Source: Endomicrobiales bacterium
GTDB taxonomy: Bacteria; Elusimicrobiota; Endomicrobiia; Endomicrobiales; JALOBY01
Length of the DNA: 64,000 nt
Assembly (NCBI GenBank): GCA_963796955.1
Contig: CAWCNJ010000005.1
Coordinates: 192,001-256,000 of the forward strand
Direction: 5' to 3'
The position numbers and the translations under genes were made by a program. Under the pieces are notes generated by a model. The model ran no database searches, had not been told where the DNA came from, and saw nothing but the letters and a program-made list of their open reading frames with translations. This document shows positions 60,188 through 64,000 of this stretch, piece by piece (position 1 is the first letter of the stretch; every line of letters starts with the position of its first letter).

Positions 60188-60748
60188 CTACTGCACCCTC
60201 TGGGTTGCCGGCGTGCCTTTGATCATATTCTCCAGGTCGGTGGTCGCGTCCTCTATCTGCTGGCGATTCGCGGGGCTGGCGTTGGATTTCAAATTGCCCA
60301 GCATTTTCTTTACCGAATCTATCTTGCCTCTGAGCTGGGTGGTCTTGATCTTCATAGTATCCCTGTCGGAGGGTGATAAAGAGCTGGTGTTCTTGTCCAT
60401 AGCGTCTACCTGTTCTTTAGCGGTATTGAGCCGTGCCTTAATAGAATCTTTGAAAGCGGTCGTGTTAAGGTTTTGCGAACCGGTGTTCATATCGCCGGTA
60501 GTTGCTGCGGGCTCGGCGGTATTCTCGGCGAGCTGAGCCCCCTGAGCGCCTTGTGTGTTGAAAGAGAAGGTTGACGGATCCATCTGGTAGGCGCCGGAAC
60601 TTGCCCCCATATTGTAAGAGCCGCCCTGTCCGCCGGTTGTTCCGGTAGAGCCGGTGTTAGAGTAAGAACCTGCCTGGGCCGCGACGGTGAACATGCCGCA
60701 GCATACCAGTATTACTACATACCCTGCAAATGAACTGAGTTTCTTCAT
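60188..60748 (-). CDS. Secreted low-complexity/coiled-coil protein
   Basis: Signal peptide (AQA); AGGAGG RBS; paralogous to 56458..56898. Confidence 0.65.
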   Translation of the reverse strand: MKKLSSFAGYVVILVCCGMFTVAAQAGSYSNTGSTGTTGGQGGSYNMGASSGAYQMDPSTFSFNTQGAQGAQLAENTAEPAATTGDMNTGSQNLNTTAFKDSIKARLNTAKEQVDAMDKNTSSLSPSDRDTMKIKTTQLRGKIDSVKKMLGNLKSNASPANRQQIEDATTDLENMIKGTPATQRVQ

Positions 60749-60781
60749 AGTGCCTCCTGTGTAACGATTTTTTTAGTCACA

Positions 60782-60967
60782 TCAACTTTTTTTTGGTGGT
60801 GGTGGTACTTTTGCACCTTTTTTCCGTGCCTCTGAAAGACCGATCGCAACCGCCTGCCTGGGGTTGTGCACCGTATGCCCGGATCTACCGCTTTTAAGTT
60901 TTCCCTCCTTGAATTTATGCATGTCTTCCTTGACTACTTCCTGCGCAGCGGGTGCATATCGTGCCAT
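60782..60967 (-). CDS. DUF6496-like small basic protein
   Basis: MHKFKEGKLKSGRSG..QAVAIGLSEARKKGAKVP. Confidence 0.85.
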   Translation of the reverse strand: MARYAPAAQEVVKEDMHKFKEGKLKSGRSGHTVHNPRQAVAIGLSEARKKGAKVPPPPKKS

Positions 60968-61123
60968 AGTGCCTCCCTGTAACGTAACATGCGCTTACGA
61001 CACTTTTTAGCATTTAGGGTGCACTAAAATAATGGTTGCGTTCCACAATGAACTGATGCGTTTTGTAAAAGGCCCGTCGGGCGGCAATAGAGTCAATGGA
61101 AAGTAGAATCGATCCATGTGCCG

Positions 61124-61225
61124 GAGGCCGCATGGGGCCGCCCCGTTGATATACTGTATCTTCAGGACGGCTCCATGCTGATATCCGACGATAAGGCAGG
61201 AGTCATTTACCGTATCAGTTATTAA
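61124..61225 (+). pseudogene. C-terminal remnant of a PQQ/sorbosone-type sugar dehydrogenase
   Basis: Manual translation EAAWGRPVDILYLQDGSMLISDDKAGVIYRISY*; not in the ORF track. Confidence 0.75.
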
Positions 61226-61230
61226 GCAGG

Positions 61231-62151
61231 TCAGCGCACCTTTAAGACTATCTTGCCGCGGGTATGGGTGCTTTTAAGCAGCTGGTGCGCTTCGCCGGCT
61301 TTTTCCAGCGGGAAGATGTCGGTGACGACAACCTGCACATGGCCGGCATCTATGAGCTTGCCGATCTGTCTGAGCTGACTGCCGTCAGCATGCACCATAA
61401 GACGCCGGGCGGCCGCTTTTTTAGCGAGCGCCTTTTCGGCGGAAGGCTCGTTCTTGGTTGTAACGAACGTGCCGCCGTCCTTTAATACCGCCCAGGAGCG
61501 TTCCTGCACTTCTCCGCCGATAAGGTCGAGCACCAGATCGATATCGCGCACCTTCTCCTCAAAGGGTCCGGCCTGGTAATCTATCGCTTCGTTCGCTCCG
61601 ATGGTTCTAAGGAACGCCAAATCCTGTGATGCGGCCGTGCCGATCACGTACGCGCCGGCGTTATGGGCGAACTGTACCGCGAAACCGCCCACGCCGCCCG
61701 CCGCGCCCTGTATGAATACCCGATGGCCGGTTACCAGGTTGCCCAGATCAAAAAGCGATTGCCAGGCCGCCAGAGCGGCAAGCGGTACCGCCGCCGCCTT
61801 TGTAAAATCCAGTATGGCGGGCTTCGGCGCCAGGTTTTCCGCCTTGGCGACCGCGTACTCCGCGTAGCCGCCCGAATAGCCTATCATACCGAAGACGGCG
61901 TCGCCGACGGCAAAGCCTTTGACCCGTTCACCGGTTCTTTCGATAACGCCGGCAATATCGCCGCCGGGGATAAGAGGAAGGGGGAACGTTCCCTTATAAC
62001 CGCCTTCCCGTATTATCACGTCTACCGGGTTCACGCCTGCTGCTTGCACGCTTACCAGTACCTCGTCTTCCTTCAGCGCCGGGATCTTTTCTTCCTCATA
62101 CCGTAAAACCTCCGGACCCCCGAATGTGCGTTCAATTATCGCATGTGGCAT
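61231..62151 (-). CDS. NADP-dependent oxidoreductase (MDR, quinone reductase-like)
   Basis: AAGVNPVD, GGYAEY, GAAGGVG and GKIVL. Confidence 0.92.
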   Translation of the reverse strand: MPHAIIERTFGGPEVLRYEEEKIPALKEDEVLVSVQAAGVNPVDVIIREGGYKGTFPLPLIPGGDIAGVIERTGERVKGFAVGDAVFGMIGYSGGYAEYAVAKAENLAPKPAILDFTKAAAVPLAALAAWQSLFDLGNLVTGHRVFIQGAAGGVGGFAVQFAHNAGAYVIGTAASQDLAFLRTIGANEAIDYQAGPFEEKVRDIDLVLDLIGGEVQERSWAVLKDGGTFVTTKNEPSAEKALAKKAAARRLMVHADGSQLRQIGKLIDAGHVQVVVTDIFPLEKAGEAHQLLKSTHTRGKIVLKVR

Positions 62152-62389
62152 ATATTTTCTCCTTTAGTCAAATTTCAGTCAAAACTGCATACTATCTTTT
62201 TTAGCATTTAATTTCTGTAAAATTCATCGTGGCGCTCCACCGGTCACTGACGTAATTAATCGTTGCCTTCCCGTGAAATATAGTGTAAGCTCGCTGAAGG
62301 GCACAGACGTCAGCGAAAGGCGGTTCGGCGACAGGTTGAGCCCTGTATATATTGGTATAATCATAAAAAGCAAACTAAGGAGTTACTAC

Positions 62390-62863
62390 ATGAATCCGCA
62401 ACGCATTTTGATGTTCGCATTGCTCAGCATCGCGCTGTTATCCGCTGTAGCATGTGCCCGGGATGAGGCAGGGCTTGGCATTATGATCGGCGCTCCGACG
62501 GGAGTAAGCGGAAAGCTATGGAAAAGCGATACCAGGGCCTTTGATGCCGCTCTCGGCTGGTCACTTTCCGGTACCGAATCATTCTACATGCACGCCGACT
62601 ACCTGGTGCAGGATCCCCGGCAATTCACCGTGAGCGAGGGAACCATGCCGTATTATTACGGTATCGGGGCCCGGCTGCGCAACGACAATGGTGAAGAGGG
62701 CCGTTTCGGGGTGCGCGTGCCGCTGGGCCTGGAATATCTTTTGCAGGACGCCCCGATAAACATATTCATTGAGATAGCGCTGGTGCTGGACCTGACGCCT
62801 AAGACGGAAGGCGATCTGAACGCCGGTGTCGGCGTACGCTATCGTTTTAAAACGCCCCGCTAA
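62390..62863 (+). CDS. DUF3996-like small beta-barrel protein
   Basis: GLGIMIGAPTGVSGK, HADYL, GVRVPLG and GVGVRYRF; AAGGAG RBS. Confidence 0.7.
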   Translation: MNPQRILMFALLSIALLSAVACARDEAGLGIMIGAPTGVSGKLWKSDTRAFDAALGWSLSGTESFYMHADYLVQDPRQFTVSEGTMPYYYGIGARLRNDNGEEGRFGVRVPLGLEYLLQDAPINIFIEIALVLDLTPKTEGDLNAGVGVRYRFKTPR

Positions 62864-62910
62864 ACCGCCGTTCGTGTTGACGTTTGTCTCCAAAAACGTA
62901 TAATAAAGGT

Positions 62911-63288
62911 GTGAAAAAGAAAATACTGGTCGTTGAAGATGATCGGCAGGCCGCGATGGTGCTGCAGGTGCGGTTGAACGCGGCCGGCTATGAGGCCTAC
63001 GTTGCCTACAACGGCGAAGAAGGCTGGCACCTGATACAGGCCATAACGCCGGACCTGGTGATCCTTGATGTTGAAATGCCCCTGCTTAACGGTTACGGCG
63101 TTTGCGAGCTGATAAAAGCGAAACCGGAAACAAAACATATCCCCATTCTGCTGCTTACCTCCCGCGACACCGTGGGAGACATAGACACCGGCTTCGATTC
63201 CGGAGCCGATTCATTCCTGGCAAAACCCTACACTTGGGAACGCCTGCACAATAAGATCAAACAACTATTAATGACACCAGAGACCTGA
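62911..63288 (+). CDS. Single-domain response regulator
   Basis: ILVVEDD, PDLVILDVEMP, LTS and KPY. Confidence 0.92.
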   Translation: MKKKILVVEDDRQAAMVLQVRLNAAGYEAYVAYNGEEGWHLIQAITPDLVILDVEMPLLNGYGVCELIKAKPETKHIPILLLTSRDTVGDIDTGFDSGADSFLAKPYTWERLHNKIKQLLMTPET

Positions 63289-63313
63289 AGTCCCCCTCGT
63301 CAACCCAAACTAC

Positions 63314-64000
63314 ATGAACCTACAGGAATTAGGCTGGAACGATTTTTTTGAGGCGCAGTATAACAAAATAAAAACAGCGGATACCTTCCCGGCCAGAGTG
63401 GCGAAGGCGCAGAGGGAAAAATATCTGTTGCTGAGCGGCCTGGGCGAGCTCAATGCGGATATTAACGGTAAGCTTCGCTTTGGCGCGCTTGGCCGCAGCG
63501 ATCTTCCGGCGGTCGGGGACTGGGTGGTCGCCCAAAGGCGCAAAGAGGGCGACGCGGTATCCATAGAGGCGATATTGCCGCGGCGGAACAAGCTCTCCAG
63601 GAAAGTCGCCGGCACGACGGCGGACGAACAAGTGTTGTCCGTTAATCTTGATATGGTTTTTCTGGTCAGCGGCCTGGATAATGACCATAATATCCGGCGC
63701 ATAGAGCGCTACCTGTCGCTGCTGAGCGATTGCGGACTTGACGCCGTCATAGTGTTGAACAAGACCGACAAGTGCGCGGATGTTGAAGCGCTGGCGGCCG
63801 AAGTGCGCGGTGTTGCCGGCAGCGCTCCCATCGTTACCGCAAGCGCGGTGAATAACGAGGGATTGCACGAGCTGGAAAAATTTATTTCAACGGGCAAAAC
63901 GATCGCCCTGGTCGGGTCGTCCGGCGTCGGAAAATCAACGATCATCAACGCTTTGCTGGGAGCGGAAAAACAAAAAGTCGGCGCGGTGCGCGAAAGTGAC
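63314..64000 (+). CDS. rsgA: Ribosome small subunit-dependent GTPase A (partial, runs off the window)
   Basis: Manual translation: MNLQELGW..PAVGDWV..RRIERYL..LNKTD..GSSGVGKSTIIN. Confidence 0.93.
   Translation, partial: MNLQELGWNDFFEAQYNKIKTADTFPARVAKAQREKYLLLSGLGELNADINGKLRFGALGRSDLPAVGDWVVAQRRKEGDAVSIEAILPRRNKLSRKVAGTTADEQVLSVNLDMVFLVSGLDNDHNIRRIERYLSLLSDCGLDAVIVLNKTDKCADVEALAAEVRGVAGSAPIVTASAVNNEGLHELEKFISTGKTIALVGSSGVGKSTIINALLGAEKQKVGAVRESD

Overview
Bacterial chromosomal window with no rRNA, complete tRNA, CRISPR array, integrase or transposase. The left third (1-23 kb) is a patchwork of accessory and defence DNA. It holds a frameshifted DUF4062/RecG-C-like gene, 12-bp-phase repeat arrays, a 3'-half tRNA-Ser(UGA) att-like site with arm-like repeats, a nucleotidyltransferase gene pair with a palindromic operator, and two Fic genes inside a segment bounded by a duplicated gene end. 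It also holds a LexA-like repressor + C5 methyltransferase + probable endonuclease + Vsr module, and a run of co-oriented genes punctuated by GG(G/T)GTCA/GGGAC motifs, including a recently duplicated NlpC/P60 gene. The rest (23-64 kb) is a GC-richer collection of stress, redox and envelope genes: ferritin-like, hemerythrin, SDR, YbhB, beta-barrel proteins, a peptidase + ATP-grasp pair, an ACP-FabG-acyltransferase-FabH module, a multiply frameshifted RND pump, a radical SAM pair, a deletion-collapsed glycosyltransferase/carbamoyltransferase operon, and rsgA running off the end. The best candidates for undescribed biology are the motif-delimited cassette-like array (15.8-19.7 kb), a homologous promoter-leaderless peptide-terminator unit present twice (11.1 and 36.2 kb), and the possibly SOS-linked R-M module. 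All product calls come from motif recognition by eye; no database search was run.
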